Shown: positions 10,014 through 22,093 of the stretch, piece after piece
How the letters are laid out: each line of letters begins with the position of its first letter
Position numbering within the stretch: position 1 is the first letter of the stretch
NCBI GenBank assembly: GCA_017470145.1
Contig: JAFUFB010000029.1
Span: forward strand, 8,766 to 72,765
Direction: 5' to 3'
Length of the DNA: 64,000 nt
From: Clostridia bacterium
Lineage (GTDB): Bacteria > Bacillota > Clostridia > Christensenellales > Aristaeellaceae
Program-made: the position numbers and the translations under genes
Notes under the pieces: model-generated
Told to the model about the DNA's origin: nothing
The model's input: only the letters and a program-made list of their open reading frames with translations
The model's database searches: none

Positions 10014-10122
10014 GACCTTCCTTCGACCCTTCTATCCAGGCATAGAAGGGTTGATTTTTCAAGGGAAACAGCTCCTTGGAAGGGGGAGCTAAAATTAATG
10101 GTAAAAAAAGGTAAAAAAAGTG

Positions 10123-10151
10123 TTGACAACTGGGGTGGATGGTGTTATCTT
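10123..10151 (+). promoter_or_regulatory. SigA promoter of the hrcA-dnaK operon
   Basis: TTGACA(10123-10128)-N17-TATCTT(10146-10151) with TG extension. Confidence 0.8.
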
Positions 10152-10162
10152 ATCGGTGTTGG

Positions 10163-10189
10163 TTAGCACTCGATTCGCTTGAGTGCTAA
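10163..10189 (+). promoter_or_regulatory. CIRCE element (HrcA operator)
   Basis: Perfect TTAGCACTC-N9-GAGTGCTAA upstream of hrcA. Confidence 0.98.
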
Positions 10190-10273
10190 CAAACGAGAAA
10201 GAGGAGCCGCCTGGAAGGGGAGATCCCCCAGGAAGGAAGGGCTCCCGCATCAGAGCGGGAAGGAGATGGGCGT

Positions 10274-11311
10274 ATGGAGATGGACGATCGCAAGATGAAA
10301 ATCCTGCAGGCCATCATCGATGATTACATCCTGACGGGTGTGCCGGTAGGCTCCCGGACGATCAGTAAGAAATACGACATGGGCCTTTCCTCCGCCACCA
10401 TCCGGAACGAGATGAGCGACCTGGAGGAGCTGGGTTACCTGGATCAGCCCCACGTCTCCGCCGGGCGGATTCCCAGCGCAAAGGCCTATCGCCTGTATGT
10501 GGACAGCCTGATGAAAACCGGGCGCATCCGGGATGACAGCCTGGAAACGGTGAGCCGACATTTTACCGGACGGGTGCACCAGATGGAGGATGTGATCGAT
10601 CACGCAGCCAGCGTCATCTCCGCCCTGACAAGATACACCGCGGTGGTGCTTCCCCCGAAGGGAAAGCAGCCAAGGATGCAGACGGTGCAGCTGGTGCCCG
10701 TCTCCCGGGACGCGGCGCTGGTGGTCATCGTGACGGACACCGGCATCGTGCGGGACAGTACCATTCGCCTCCCCGGGGATATGGACAGCGACACGCTGTA
10801 CGCCATTTCCCGGGCGCTGACGGAGGAGCTGCGGGGGCATACCCTGGCCGAGGCCTGCGAGATTCTGCCCGGGATGATCCAGCGGATGCGGGAAAACGAG
10901 GAGCTGCTCCAGGGGCTGTATGGCTTCCTGAACGAGCGGAAGGAATCCCCCAGCCGGCCCCATGTGGCCATCGGGGGCACCAGCAATATGCTGAGCTATC
11001 CAGAATACAGCGACGTGGAGAAGGCCCGGACCTTCCTGAGCCTGATGGAGACCAGGGACAAGCTGGCCAGCATCATCGCCGGGGATGGGGAGATGGCCTT
11101 CACCGTCCGCATCGGGCCGGAGACGGGGGTGCCGGAGATGGTGGACTGCTCCATTGTTACCGCGACTTATTCCACCCGGTCTGGCCAGCAGGGGACCATC
11201 GGGGTCATCGGACCCACCAGAATGCAATATTCCCGGGTCATGTCCATCCTGAACATCATGGGGCATCAGTTGACGGACCTGTTCAGCCGAGGGGATGAGA
11301 CCAATGAATAA
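10274..11311 (+). CDS. hrcA: Heat-inducible transcription repressor HrcA
   Basis: PVGSRTI, SSATIRNEMSDLEELGYLDQPHVSAGRIPS, GVIGPTRMQY; CIRCE upstream. Confidence 0.97.
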   Translation: MEMDDRKMKILQAIIDDYILTGVPVGSRTISKKYDMGLSSATIRNEMSDLEELGYLDQPHVSAGRIPSAKAYRLYVDSLMKTGRIRDDSLETVSRHFTGRVHQMEDVIDHAASVISALTRYTAVVLPPKGKQPRMQTVQLVPVSRDAALVVIVTDTGIVRDSTIRLPGDMDSDTLYAISRALTEELRGHTLAEACEILPGMIQRMRENEELLQGLYGFLNERKESPSRPHVAIGGTSNMLSYPEYSDVEKARTFLSLMETRDKLASIIAGDGEMAFTVRIGPETGVPEMVDCSIVTATYSTRSGQQGTIGVIGPTRMQYSRVMSILNIMGHQLTDLFSRGDETNE

Positions 11312-11333
11312 AAAGAGAAGAGGAAAGAAAAAG

Positions 11334-11885
11334 ATGAATCCACAGGAAAACCCGCAGGAAATTCCCCAGGAGGAAGCCGTGAACGAGGCCGCGGAGACGG
11401 CGGCGGAAGCGGAAGAGAAGGCAGCGCCCCAGGAGCCTACGGAGTTGGAAAAGGCGGAGGCCAAGGCGGCAGAATATCTGGCCATGGCCCAGCGGGTGCA
11501 GGCGGATTTTGAGAACTTCCGCCGGAGGAATGAGAGCGTCCGGGCGGACAGCTTCGCCGAGGGCAAGCGAGACGTGGCGGCGGCCATGCTGCCGGTGCTG
11601 GATAACCTGGAGCGGGCGGCGGAAGCGGCGGCTGGGTCGGCGGATGAAGGGCTGAAGAGCGGCGTAGAGCTGGTGCTGAAGCAGATGAACGATGTTTATG
11701 CCAAGCTGGACGTGAAGCCCATCGACCGGCTGGGGGAGAAGTTCGACCCCAATCTGGAAAACGCGATCCTCCAAGGGACGGAGGAGGAAGGCGCTCCGGG
11801 CACGGTGTGCCAGGTGCTACAGAAGGGATACCAGATGGGCGACCGGGTGCTGCGGCACGCCATGGTCAAGGTGGTCCCGGAATAA
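11334..11885 (+). CDS. grpE: Nucleotide exchange factor GrpE
   Basis: QADFENFRRR, LPVLDNLERA, FDPNL, QKGY...RVLRHAMVKV. Confidence 0.95.
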   Translation: MNPQENPQEIPQEEAVNEAAETAAEAEEKAAPQEPTELEKAEAKAAEYLAMAQRVQADFENFRRRNESVRADSFAEGKRDVAAAMLPVLDNLERAAEAAAGSADEGLKSGVELVLKQMNDVYAKLDVKPIDRLGEKFDPNLENAILQGTEEEGAPGTVCQVLQKGYQMGDRVLRHAMVKVVPE

Positions 11886-11965
11886 AAAATGCCAACAAAG
11901 CCTTCGGGCTTGAGGGAAGGCCGAAAGGCCGGATAGATGGATATTTTCCAAATTTTGAAAGATAA

Positions 11966-13801
<1,836 letters not shown>

Positions 13802-13869
13802 CAAAATCGAATCGAAATCAGCCCGCTCCTTCGGGAACGGGCTTGATTCCGATACTGAGGTGAAGAAAT

Positions 13870-15012
13870 TTGGCGGACAAGCGTGATTATTACGAGGTGC
13901 TGGGCGTCAGCAAGAACGCCACGGAGGACGAGATCAAGCGGGCCTATCGGAAGAAGGCCAAGGAATGCCATCCGGACCTGCACCCCAATGACGAGGAAGC
14001 GGTGAAGCGTTTCGCGGAGCTGAACGAGGCCAACGAAGTGCTGAGCGACCCAGACAAGCGGGCCCGGTACGACCAGTTTGGCTTCAACGACCCCATGGGC
14101 GGCATGGGCGGAGGCGGCGGAAATCCCTTCGGCGGGTTCGACTTCAGCGGCATGGGAGGCATGGGCGGCGTCGGCGATATCTTCGACCAGCTGTTCAACG
14201 GTGGCATGGGCAGCCGCACCCGGGCCCAGGGGCCGGTGCAGGGCAATGATCTGCGCTACGAGCTGCGGATCACCTTCGAGGAGGCGGCCAAGGGCTGTGA
14301 AAAGAGCTTCGAGATCAACCGCAGCGAGGTCTGCGACACCTGCAAGGGCAACGGCGCCAAGCCGGGAACCCAACCAGTGACCTGTGCCACCTGCCAGGGC
14401 ACGGGCCAGATTCGGTCCTCCAGCGGATGGATGACCACCGTGCGGACCTGCCCCTCCTGCGGCGGCAGCGGAAAGGTAGTGATGGACAAATGCACCGGGT
14501 GCGGCGGCAGCGGCCGGGTTCGCAAGAAGCGGACCGTGACGGTAAAGGTGCCTGCGGGCATCGACCATGGCCAAACCATCATCATGAACAATCAGGGCGA
14601 GCCTGGGCTGCGAGGCGGCCCCAATGGCGACCTGTTCATCACGGTGAACGTGCGGCCCCACAAGGTTTTCCAGCGGGATGGATACAACCTGATGCTGGAA
14701 TTCCCCATTAGCTTTGTGACAGCTGCCCTGGGCGGTGAGGTGGAGGTGCCGACGCTGAACGGCCCGGTGAAGTACAAGATTCCCGAAGGTACCCAGCCCG
14801 GCACGGAATTCCGCATCAAGGGTGAAGGCATTCCCATGCTGCGTTCCAGCAACAAGGGGGATCTGATCATGCGGGTAAAGGTAGAAATTCCCAAGCGGTT
14901 GAACAACCGGCAGAAGGAGCTGCTGCGGGAATTTGACGGAACCACCAGTGACAAGGAATATGAGGGCCGGAAAGGCTTCATGGACCGAGTGAAGGAACTG
15001 TTTAATTCATAG
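13870..15012 (+). CDS. dnaJ: Chaperone DnaJ
   Basis: J-domain with HPD, G/F-rich region, four CxxCxGxG repeats; TTG start. Confidence 0.98.
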   Translation: MADKRDYYEVLGVSKNATEDEIKRAYRKKAKECHPDLHPNDEEAVKRFAELNEANEVLSDPDKRARYDQFGFNDPMGGMGGGGGNPFGGFDFSGMGGMGGVGDIFDQLFNGGMGSRTRAQGPVQGNDLRYELRITFEEAAKGCEKSFEINRSEVCDTCKGNGAKPGTQPVTCATCQGTGQIRSSSGWMTTVRTCPSCGGSGKVVMDKCTGCGGSGRVRKKRTVTVKVPAGIDHGQTIIMNNQGEPGLRGGPNGDLFITVNVRPHKVFQRDGYNLMLEFPISFVTAALGGEVEVPTLNGPVKYKIPEGTQPGTEFRIKGEGIPMLRSSNKGDLIMRVKVEIPKRLNNRQKELLREFDGTTSDKEYEGRKGFMDRVKELFNS

Positions 15013-15018
15013 GAAGAT

Positions 15019-15059
15019 AAAAAGCTATCCCCTCCCTTTCTGGGAGGGGATAGCTTTTT
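15019..15059. terminator. Bidirectional intrinsic terminator between dnaJ and the AKR gene
   Basis: aaaaagctatcccctccc-tttct-gggaggggatagcttttt between convergent genes. Confidence 0.85.
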
Positions 15060-15137
15060 GGACCTCCGCTTCGTGGAGGAGCTTTATTCAGTTAGGTGCT
15101 TACGCTGCCCTCTCTCCAAGAGCTTTGATCCGCGTTT

Positions 15138-16256
15138 TTACGCCTCCAGCTCCGCTTTGCAATCCTCCAACAGGCGAATGATGGGCAGCTGCTGGGGACA
15201 GGCGGCTTCGCATTGGCCGCAGGCGATGCAGCTGCTGGCTCGGCCCCGGCCCTGAGTAACGATGTCGTATTCCCGCACGGTGCGGAACTTGGGGCTGCCC
15301 TTCTTGCGATTCTCCACATTGAATATTTCCGGAATCGGGATCTCCATAGGGCAGCCCTTGGTGCAGTAATGGCAGGCGGTGCAGGGGATGGATTTATCCG
15401 CGTCCAGAGCCTGCTGGGCTTGGTGAATCAGCGCCATTTCCACCTCTGACAGGGGCGTAAAGGGGCTCATGGTTTTGAGATTATCCTCCATCTGGGCCAG
15501 ATTGCTCATGCCGCTGAGCACGGCATGCACATTCTCCAGCCCCGCGGCGAATCGCAGGGCCCAGCTGGCATAAGAGGCCTGGCTGCCAGCCTGGTCATAA
15601 ACCTGGCGAACGGTGGGAATGGGGTCGGCCAGAATGCCGCCCTTGACGGGCTCCATGATGATGACGGGCTTGCCATGGACGCGGCAGATTTCCCAATTGC
15701 GCCGGGAGGCTACCCCTGGGTTCTCCCAGTCGGCATAATTGATCTGCAGCTGGACAAACTCCGCGTCCGGATGGGCCTCCAGCAGCTGCTCCAGCAGCTC
15801 TGGATCCGCGTGGAAGGAGAAGCCCCAATGCTTGATGAGACCCTTTTCCTTCTGCTCCCGGACGAAATCCCACAGACCGTATTCGTCGTATTTTTGCCAG
15901 GTGGAGCGCTGCAGGGCATGGAGCAGATAATAATCGATATAGCCGGCGCCGGTGCGCTCCAGGCTGGTGTAGAACTCCTGCTTGGCGCTCTGCTCATCCT
16001 GGCACATCATGGTGGCATGCAGCTTGGTGGCCAGGGTATAAGCCTGCCGAGGATAGCGATCCGCCACCGCCTGTCGGAAGGCGGCCTCACTGGCCCCGGC
16101 GTCATAGACAAAGGCGGTGTCAAAATAGGTTCCGCCAGCAGCGATGAACTGATCCACCATCTGGCACACCTGGGGCACGTCAATGGCGCCCTCCGGGGTC
16201 TTGGGCAGGCGCATCAGGCCGAAACCCAGCTTGAAGGGGTTGGGAATGAAAGCCAT
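15138..16256 (-). CDS. Aldo/keto reductase with C-terminal 4Fe-4S dicluster domain
   Basis: LGFGLMRLP, YFDTAFVY, LATKL, YYLLH; C-terminal CTACHYC..CP and CIACGQCEAACPQ. Confidence 0.9.
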   Translation of the reverse strand: MAFIPNPFKLGFGLMRLPKTPEGAIDVPQVCQMVDQFIAAGGTYFDTAFVYDAGASEAAFRQAVADRYPRQAYTLATKLHATMMCQDEQSAKQEFYTSLERTGAGYIDYYLLHALQRSTWQKYDEYGLWDFVREQKEKGLIKHWGFSFHADPELLEQLLEAHPDAEFVQLQINYADWENPGVASRRNWEICRVHGKPVIIMEPVKGGILADPIPTVRQVYDQAGSQASYASWALRFAAGLENVHAVLSGMSNLAQMEDNLKTMSPFTPLSEVEMALIHQAQQALDADKSIPCTACHYCTKGCPMEIPIPEIFNVENRKKGSPKFRTVREYDIVTQGRGRASSCIACGQCEAACPQQLPIIRLLEDCKAELEA

Positions 16257-16367
16257 GATTTCGCATCTCCTTTACAATATAATTTGATAAAAGGAATCAG
16301 ATACCAACATCCTGAAATGGTGACACCGCGAAGGAATGCTATCCAGTTCCGAAAACAGCCGCTTATA

Positions 16368-16396
16368 ATTATGCCCTGAAATGGCCGAATTGTCAA
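16368..16396 (-). promoter_or_regulatory. SigA-type promoter for the AKR gene
   Basis: Minus strand TTGACA(16396-16391)-N17-CATAAT(16373-16368). Confidence 0.6.
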
Positions 16397-16463
16397 TGAA
16401 AGGACGAAGAAAAATCAAGCTGGGAAATGCCCCCAATGCCTTGTATTCCATATTCTTTTGTGC

Positions 16464-16492
16464 AAAAGAAAACAGGGCCCGAAGGAGCCCTG
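16464..16492 (-). terminator. Intrinsic terminator after the sigma factor gene
   Basis: cagggc...gccctg hairpin with aaaagaaaa on the + strand (U-run on the - strand). Confidence 0.6.
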
Positions 16493-16532
16493 AAGATCGA
16501 TTGATGATAGGAAGATGACCAAGAGAAGGGGA

Positions 16533-17648
16533 TCAGGAGATATACAGCGCTTCCTTCAGGCCGCGGGACTTGGGATTGCTGCTGAGCCGGCGCAGCACCT
16601 TGGATTCAATCTGGCGGACCCGCTCCCGCGTGACCCCCAGCATAGCGCCTACCTCCTCCAGGGTGTGCTCATCCTCGCCATTGAGGCCGTAGCGCATGGT
16701 GATGACCAGCTTTTCCCGATCCGTCAGCAGCTCATCCATGATCTCGTTGATCTTTTCCCGCATCATGCTCTCGGCCACGGAGGTTTCGGGGTTGGGGGCG
16801 TTCTTATCCTCCAGGAAATCCCCCAGGCTGGTATCCTCTTCGTCGCCCACCGGCTTATCCATGGAAACAGCATCCGCCCCGGCGTTAATGTAGTTCAGCA
16901 CGGTTTGGACGGAAACATCCATGCGCTGGGCCAGCTCCTCGGGGGTGGGATCCCGGTTCAGCTCCTGATACAGCTCTCGCTGGGTTCGGGTCAGCCGATT
17001 GATCCCCTCCACCAGATGGACGGGCAGGCGAATCATGCGGCCACTGTCCGCCAAGGAGCGGGAGACGGATTGCTTGATCCACCAGGTGGCATAGGTGGAG
17101 AATTTGAACCCTTTATCATATTCAAACTTCTCCACGGCCTTCATCAGGCCTAAATTCCCGTTCTGAATCAGATCCAGCAGGGGGAGGCCGCGGCCGATAT
17201 ATTTCTTCGCGATGGAAACCACCAGCCGCAGATTGCAGACGATCAGCGTATTCTTCGCCTCTTCATCCCCTTCGGCGGCGCGCTTGGCGATATCGTATTC
17301 CTGTTCTGCCGTCAGCACAGGATGGTTGCCAATCTCTTTTAAATAAAGGCGCACAGAATCCTGCGTATAGGCCAGCTCGGCCTCGGAAAGAGACATTTCT
17401 TCCGTGGATTCCTCCTCGGAGAAGGAATCGACAGGGGCCGTCTCCGGCTTGGGCGCAGAGGTTTCCGAACCCACAGGAACGCCCAGCTCCTCCATCGTGC
17501 TCAGCAGGCGCTCCAGCTGTTCGGAATCCAGATGAAGATCCCCCAGCGTCTGGGTGATCTCTTCATATGTTAAAAAACCCTGTTCCTGCCCTTTGGCATA
17601 CAGCTGGCTGATCAGCTGCTCGGGCAAAGTCGCTTTTTGGGAATCCAA
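16533..17648 (-). CDS. RpoD/SigA-family RNA polymerase sigma factor, divergent paralog
   Basis: Regions 1.1, 1.2 ([11 protein letters not shown]), 2 ([21 protein letters not shown]), 3 and 4.2 ([18 protein letters not shown]); TTG start; no dnaG neighbour. Confidence 0.9.
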   Translation of the reverse strand: MDSQKATLPEQLISQLYAKGQEQGFLTYEEITQTLGDLHLDSEQLERLLSTMEELGVPVGSETSAPKPETAPVDSFSEEESTEEMSLSEAELAYTQDSVRLYLKEIGNHPVLTAEQEYDIAKRAAEGDEEAKNTLIVCNLRLVVSIAKKYIGRGLPLLDLIQNGNLGLMKAVEKFEYDKGFKFSTYATWWIKQSVSRSLADSGRMIRLPVHLVEGINRLTRTQRELYQELNRDPTPEELAQRMDVSVQTVLNYINAGADAVSMDKPVGDEEDTSLGDFLEDKNAPNPETSVAESMMREKINEIMDELLTDREKLVITMRYGLNGEDEHTLEEVGAMLGVTRERVRQIESKVLRRLSSNPKSRGLKEALYIS

Positions 17649-17878
17649 ATTATAGCTCCTTCCATCGCTCGGTCATTTCGGGAGATAATCCTCGCCGGGG
17701 AAAACCGGTTCTACCTTTTTTATTCGATGCGGTGTTTGAAATTCCCTGCCATGTTTCGCAAACTGTTTTGATTTTTCATGCATAGCAGGAAAAAGAGATC
17801 GCTCCGAAGGGAGCTGGGAGATTATAACATGAGTTTTCCAGATTGAAAAGAGCGGCGGGAAACGAAAAATCCGAAACC

Positions 17879-17907
17879 TTGAAAAACAGGGGAGGTTGGT
17901 GTATGAT
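17879..17907 (+). promoter_or_regulatory. SigA-type promoter for the parA operon
   Basis: TTGAAA(17879-17884)-N17-TATGAT(17902-17907). Confidence 0.65.
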
Positions 17908-17957
17908 AGAACCTGTTGATTTTTGTCGAAATCAACAGGAAGGGAAAGGAAGCTTCC

Positions 17958-18728
17958 ATGGCCAAGATCATTGCGATTACAAATCAAAAGGGCGGCGTCG
18001 GAAAGACGACGACCGCTGTCAATTTATCCGCCTGGCTGGCAGAGATGGGGAAGAAGACTCTGATGGTGGATCTGGACCCCCAGGGGAACACCACCAGCGG
18101 CCTGGGCTGCCGGGTGAAGGAGAATAATTCCATCTACGACGCCCTGATGGGCCGGGCCAAGATGGAGGATTGCGTCCAGAAAACCGGCGTCAAAAAGCTG
18201 AAGCTTATCGGCTCCGACATTCGCCTGGCCGGGGCGGAGGTGGAGCTGGTGGGGGAGGAGAAGCGGGAATACTATCTGAAGACCCTGCTGGCCCCCCTTC
18301 GGGAGGAGTTTGATTACATCATGATCGACTGCCCCCCCAGCCTGAGCCTGCTGACGTTGAACGCCCTGGCGGCGGCGGACTCCGTGCTGATTCCCATCCA
18401 GTGCGAATATTACGCGCTGGAAGGGGTCACCAGCCTGATGAACACCGTCAGTCGCGTGAAGAAGACCATGAACCCTCGGCTGGAGATCGAGGGCGTGCTG
18501 CTGACCATGCTGGACGGGCGGACCAATTTGGGCCTGCAGGTGGTGGAGCAGGTGAAGAAGCACTTTAAAAAGGAAGTTTTTGCCACCACCATTCCGCGGA
18601 ACGTCCGCCTGGGGGAAGCCCCCAGCCATGGGGAGCCCATCCATATCTACGATCCGAAGAGCTCCGGCGCCCTGGCTTACCACGCGCTGGCGAAAGAAGT
18701 GATATCCCGCAACCGCAAGAAAGCATAA
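17958..18728 (+). CDS. parA: Chromosome partitioning ATPase ParA/Soj
   Basis: NQKGGVGKTTT deviant Walker A, DLDPQGN, IDCPPSL, PIQCEYYALEG, IPRNVRLGEAPSHG. Confidence 0.95.
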   Translation: MAKIIAITNQKGGVGKTTTAVNLSAWLAEMGKKTLMVDLDPQGNTTSGLGCRVKENNSIYDALMGRAKMEDCVQKTGVKKLKLIGSDIRLAGAEVELVGEEKREYYLKTLLAPLREEFDYIMIDCPPSLSLLTLNALAAADSVLIPIQCEYYALEGVTSLMNTVSRVKKTMNPRLEIEGVLLTMLDGRTNLGLQVVEQVKKHFKKEVFATTIPRNVRLGEAPSHGEPIHIYDPKSSGALAYHALAKEVISRNRKKA

Positions 18729-18743
18729 GGAGGAGAGCGATCC

Positions 18744-19598
18744 ATGGCAAAGAAGGCGCATGGCCTGGGCCGAGGGCTGGACTCCCTTTTCGCGGAAACG
18801 GAGGAGTGGGACAGCGCGGGTCTGCAGGAAATACCCATCGGGGATCTGGACATCAACCCGGACCAGCCCCGAAAATCCTTTGACGAAGAGAGCATCGCCA
18901 TGCTGGCGGAGAGCATCCGGGATCAGGGCGTTTTGCAGCCTCTGATCGTGGTGGCCTCCAGCAATGGCCGCTATCGGATTATCGCCGGGGAGCGGCGCTA
19001 CCGGGCCAGCCGGCAGGCGGGGCTGGAGAAGGTGCCCTGCCTGGTGAAGGAATTGGACATCGTCCGGCAGATGGAGATCGCCCTGATCGAAAATCTGCAG
19101 CGGGAGGATCTGAACCCCATCGATGCGGCCCAGGGCATTCGCGCCCTGATGCAGCAATGCGGATACACCCAGGATAAGGTGGCCGCCCGGCTGGGGAAGA
19201 GCCGCCCGGCGGTGGCGAATCTGCTGCGGGTGCTGAACCTGCCGGAGGAGATTACGGACATGGTCCGGGATGGTCTGCTCAGCGCAGGTCATGCCCGGGT
19301 GCTGGCGGGGTTGACCACGGCGGAGGATCAGATTCGTCTGGGGAAGAAGGCGGCGGAGGAAGGCCTGAATGTGCGCCAGCTGGAAGCCCTGGCCGCTCAG
19401 ATTAAGAGCCCGGCCAAGAAGCCCGCGGCCAAGAAGCGGGAGCTGGAGCCGGAGCTGAAGGAACTGCAGGAGCGCCTGCTGGAGCGGACTGGCATGCGGG
19501 CCACCCTGACCGGTACGCCGAAGAGGGGCAAGATCGTGCTGCAATACGCCAGCCTGGATGAGTTGAACCGGCTGAGCGAAATGCTGGGATTGGGATAA
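18744..19598 (+). CDS. parB: Chromosome partitioning protein ParB/Spo0J
   Basis: GLGRGLDSL, NPDQPRK, IAGERRYRA, ENLQREDLNP, GKSRPAVANLLR. Confidence 0.95.
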   Translation: MAKKAHGLGRGLDSLFAETEEWDSAGLQEIPIGDLDINPDQPRKSFDEESIAMLAESIRDQGVLQPLIVVASSNGRYRIIAGERRYRASRQAGLEKVPCLVKELDIVRQMEIALIENLQREDLNPIDAAQGIRALMQQCGYTQDKVAARLGKSRPAVANLLRVLNLPEEITDMVRDGLLSAGHARVLAGLTTAEDQIRLGKKAAEEGLNVRQLEALAAQIKSPAKKPAAKKRELEPELKELQERLLERTGMRATLTGTPKRGKIVLQYASLDELNRLSEMLGLG

Positions 19599-19609
19599 GG
19601 GCGAGGAGA

Positions 19610-20290
19610 ATGAGTAAGAAAGATTTGCCGCGGCTGCCCTATCTGGACGGGCCCCTGAGCCATCCGTTTTATAGCAAGGTGGTCAAGCGGATCATCGATC
19701 TGCTGCTGGCCCTGGTGCTGCTTATTCCTGGGCTGATCCTCATGATTCCCCTGGCCATCTGGGTGAAGCTGGATTCCCCGGGCCCGGTGATTTATAAGGC
19801 GGTGCGGGGCGGATATCATAATCAGCCCTTTTACATCTACAAGTTCCGCAGCATGGTGGTAGGGGCGGACAAAACCGGCGGCACCACCGCGAAGAACGAT
19901 GACCGGGTGACCCGGGCGGGGCGCGTCATGCGGAAGCTGAAGATGGACGAGCTGCCCCAGCTGTTCAACATCATCAAAGGGGACATGAGCTTTGTGGGCC
20001 CCCGGCCGGAGCTGCTTTTGTACACCAATCAGTACACCAAGGAGCAGCAGTGCATCATGTGGGTCCGCCCCGGAGTGACGGACCGATCCAGCATCGTCTA
20101 CATCGCCCAGGACGAGATCGTGGGCGAGGAGGATCCGGTGGGCAATTTTGAGCGGCTGGTGCTGCCCAAGAAGAATCAGCTGCGGGTGGAATACGCGAAA
20201 AGCCAGAGCTTTAGCCTGGATTGGCAGCTGTTCTGGGAGACTATTGCCGGCGTGTTCAAGAAAGCGGAGAAAGCTGCGGCGGAGAGGTAA
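19610..20290 (+). CDS. Bacterial sugar transferase (undecaprenyl-phosphate phosphoglycosyl transferase)
   Basis: KRIIDL, DSPGP, YKFRSM, DDRVT, MDELPQLFN..GDMSFVGPRP. Confidence 0.9.
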   Translation: MSKKDLPRLPYLDGPLSHPFYSKVVKRIIDLLLALVLLIPGLILMIPLAIWVKLDSPGPVIYKAVRGGYHNQPFYIYKFRSMVVGADKTGGTTAKNDDRVTRAGRVMRKLKMDELPQLFNIIKGDMSFVGPRPELLLYTNQYTKEQQCIMWVRPGVTDRSSIVYIAQDEIVGEEDPVGNFERLVLPKKNQLRVEYAKSQSFSLDWQLFWETIAGVFKKAEKAAAER

Positions 20291-20294
20291 GGAT

Positions 20295-21170
20295 ATGGGC
20301 GAATACGAAGCGCGGGTTCACAGCGCCTTCGGCGGGGAACGGCCCCGGGCGGAGGAGGCGGAAACCCTGGCCTGGCTGATCCGGCGAAACGGGCTGGAGA
20401 TGACCCATCTGAGCCGGGGCAGCCATATCGGCAGCATCTTCAGCGTCGCGGAGATCATCGCCGTGCTCTACAGCGGGGTGCTGCGCCTACGGCCGGAGGA
20501 GCCTAAATGGCCGGAGAGGGATCGGTTGATCCTGAGCAAGGGCCACGCGGGCAGCGCGGTCTATTCCGCCCTGGCGGAGCGGGGCTTCTTCCCGGTGGAG
20601 GAACTGAAAGAGCATTACGCCAACGGCTCCCGGCTCAGCGGCCATGTGAGCCACAAGGGCGTGCCGGGGGTGGAGGTTTCCACCGGCGCTCTGGGCCATG
20701 GACTGCCCATTGGGGCGGGGCTGGCCTTGGGAGCGCGGATGGACGGAGAAACCTGGCGGACCTGCGTGGTGCTGGGGGACGGGGAATGCGACGAGGGCGC
20801 GGTCTGGGAGGCGGCGCTGCAGGCGGCCCAGTATGGGCTGGACCGGCTGGTGGCGGTGGTGGATTACAACCATATGCAAAGCCTGGATTTCGTGGAGAAG
20901 ACCTTGCGGCTGGAGCCCTTCGAGGCGAAATGGCGGGACTTTGGCTGGAACGCCTGGAGCTGCGACGGCCATGATATCCCCGCCCTGCGGGAGGCCTTCG
21001 ACTGGGCCTGGCAAAATGCTGGCAGCGGTAAGCCCTCCGTCATCCTGGCCCATACCGTCAAGGGCAAGGGCGTCAGCTTTATGGAAAACAACATTCTCTG
21101 GCATTATCGGACGCCCCAGGGCGAGGAATATGAGGCGGCGCTGCAGGAATTGGAGGCGCAAAGGCCATGA
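20295..21170 (+). CDS. Transketolase-family protein, N-terminal (ThDP-binding) subunit
   Basis: RDRLILSKGH, STGALGHGL, GDGECDEGAVWE, HTVKGKGVSFME; ATG at 20295. Confidence 0.9.
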   Translation: MGEYEARVHSAFGGERPRAEEAETLAWLIRRNGLEMTHLSRGSHIGSIFSVAEIIAVLYSGVLRLRPEEPKWPERDRLILSKGHAGSAVYSALAERGFFPVEELKEHYANGSRLSGHVSHKGVPGVEVSTGALGHGLPIGAGLALGARMDGETWRTCVVLGDGECDEGAVWEAALQAAQYGLDRLVAVVDYNHMQSLDFVEKTLRLEPFEAKWRDFGWNAWSCDGHDIPALREAFDWAWQNAGSGKPSVILAHTVKGKGVSFMENNILWHYRTPQGEEYEAALQELEAQRP

Positions 21171-22093
21171 GAGACGCGTTTGTGCGGGCGCTGCTGCGGG
21201 AGATGGCCCAGGATCCCAGGGTGGTGCTGATCACGGGGGATCTGGGTTTCGGGGTGCTGCGCCCGGTAAAGGAACAGTATCCGGACCGGCTGATCAACGC
21301 GGGCATCGCCGAGCAGAGCATGGTGGGCCTGGCAGCCGGGCTGGCCATGACGGGGCGGAAGGTGGTGGTCTATTCCATCGGGAATTTTCCCACCCTGCGG
21401 CCCTTGGAGCAGATTCGGAATGATTGCGCCTATCACGGGCTGGATGTGAAGATCGTGTGCGTGGGCGGCGGATTTGTGTACGGCAGCCTGGGCATGAGTC
21501 ACCATGCCACGGAGGATATGGCCATCCTGCGGGCGATTCCGGAGATCACCTGCTTTACCCCTGGCGATCCAGCGGAGACGGAGGCGGCGGTGCCGGTGAT
21601 GTTCGCCACCCCTGGTACCTGCTATCTGCGGCTGGGGCGGGGCAACGAGCCCTATGCTCATGAGGAAAAGATCATTGATTGGACCTTCCCCCAGTCGGTG
21701 CGCCTGCGGGAGGGGAAGGATATCGCCCTGCTGTCCGCGGGAGGGATCCTGGTGGAGCTGAAGCGGGCGGCGGAGCAGCTGGCGGAAATGGGCGTTTCCG
21801 CCGAGGTGGTCAGCTTCCCCTGCCTGAAGCCCATGGATCGGGAGGCCATCCTGGAGATCGCCGCCCGTCATCGGGACATCATCACCGTGGAGGAGCATAA
21901 CATCGTGGGGGGCTTCGGCAGCGCGGTCTGCGAGGTCATCGCCGAAAGCGGCGCCGGCAGCCGGGTCCATCGCCTGGGGCTGGAGGATTGCTTTACCACA
22001 GTGGTAGGGGATCAGGCTTATCTGCGCCATGTGTACGGCATGGACGCGGAGGCCATCGTGAAAAAGACCATGGAGATAATCGGGAAAAGATGA
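21167..22093 (+). CDS. Transketolase-family protein, C-terminal subunit
   Basis: NAGIAEQSMVGLAAGLA, EQIRND, SHHATED, YLRL, TVEEH..GGFGSAV. Confidence 0.9.
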   Translation: MRDAFVRALLREMAQDPRVVLITGDLGFGVLRPVKEQYPDRLINAGIAEQSMVGLAAGLAMTGRKVVVYSIGNFPTLRPLEQIRNDCAYHGLDVKIVCVGGGFVYGSLGMSHHATEDMAILRAIPEITCFTPGDPAETEAAVPVMFATPGTCYLRLGRGNEPYAHEEKIIDWTFPQSVRLREGKDIALLSAGGILVELKRAAEQLAEMGVSAEVVSFPCLKPMDREAILEIAARHRDIITVEEHNIVGGFGSAVCEVIAESGAGSRVHRLGLEDCFTTVVGDQAYLRHVYGMDAEAIVKKTMEIIGKR

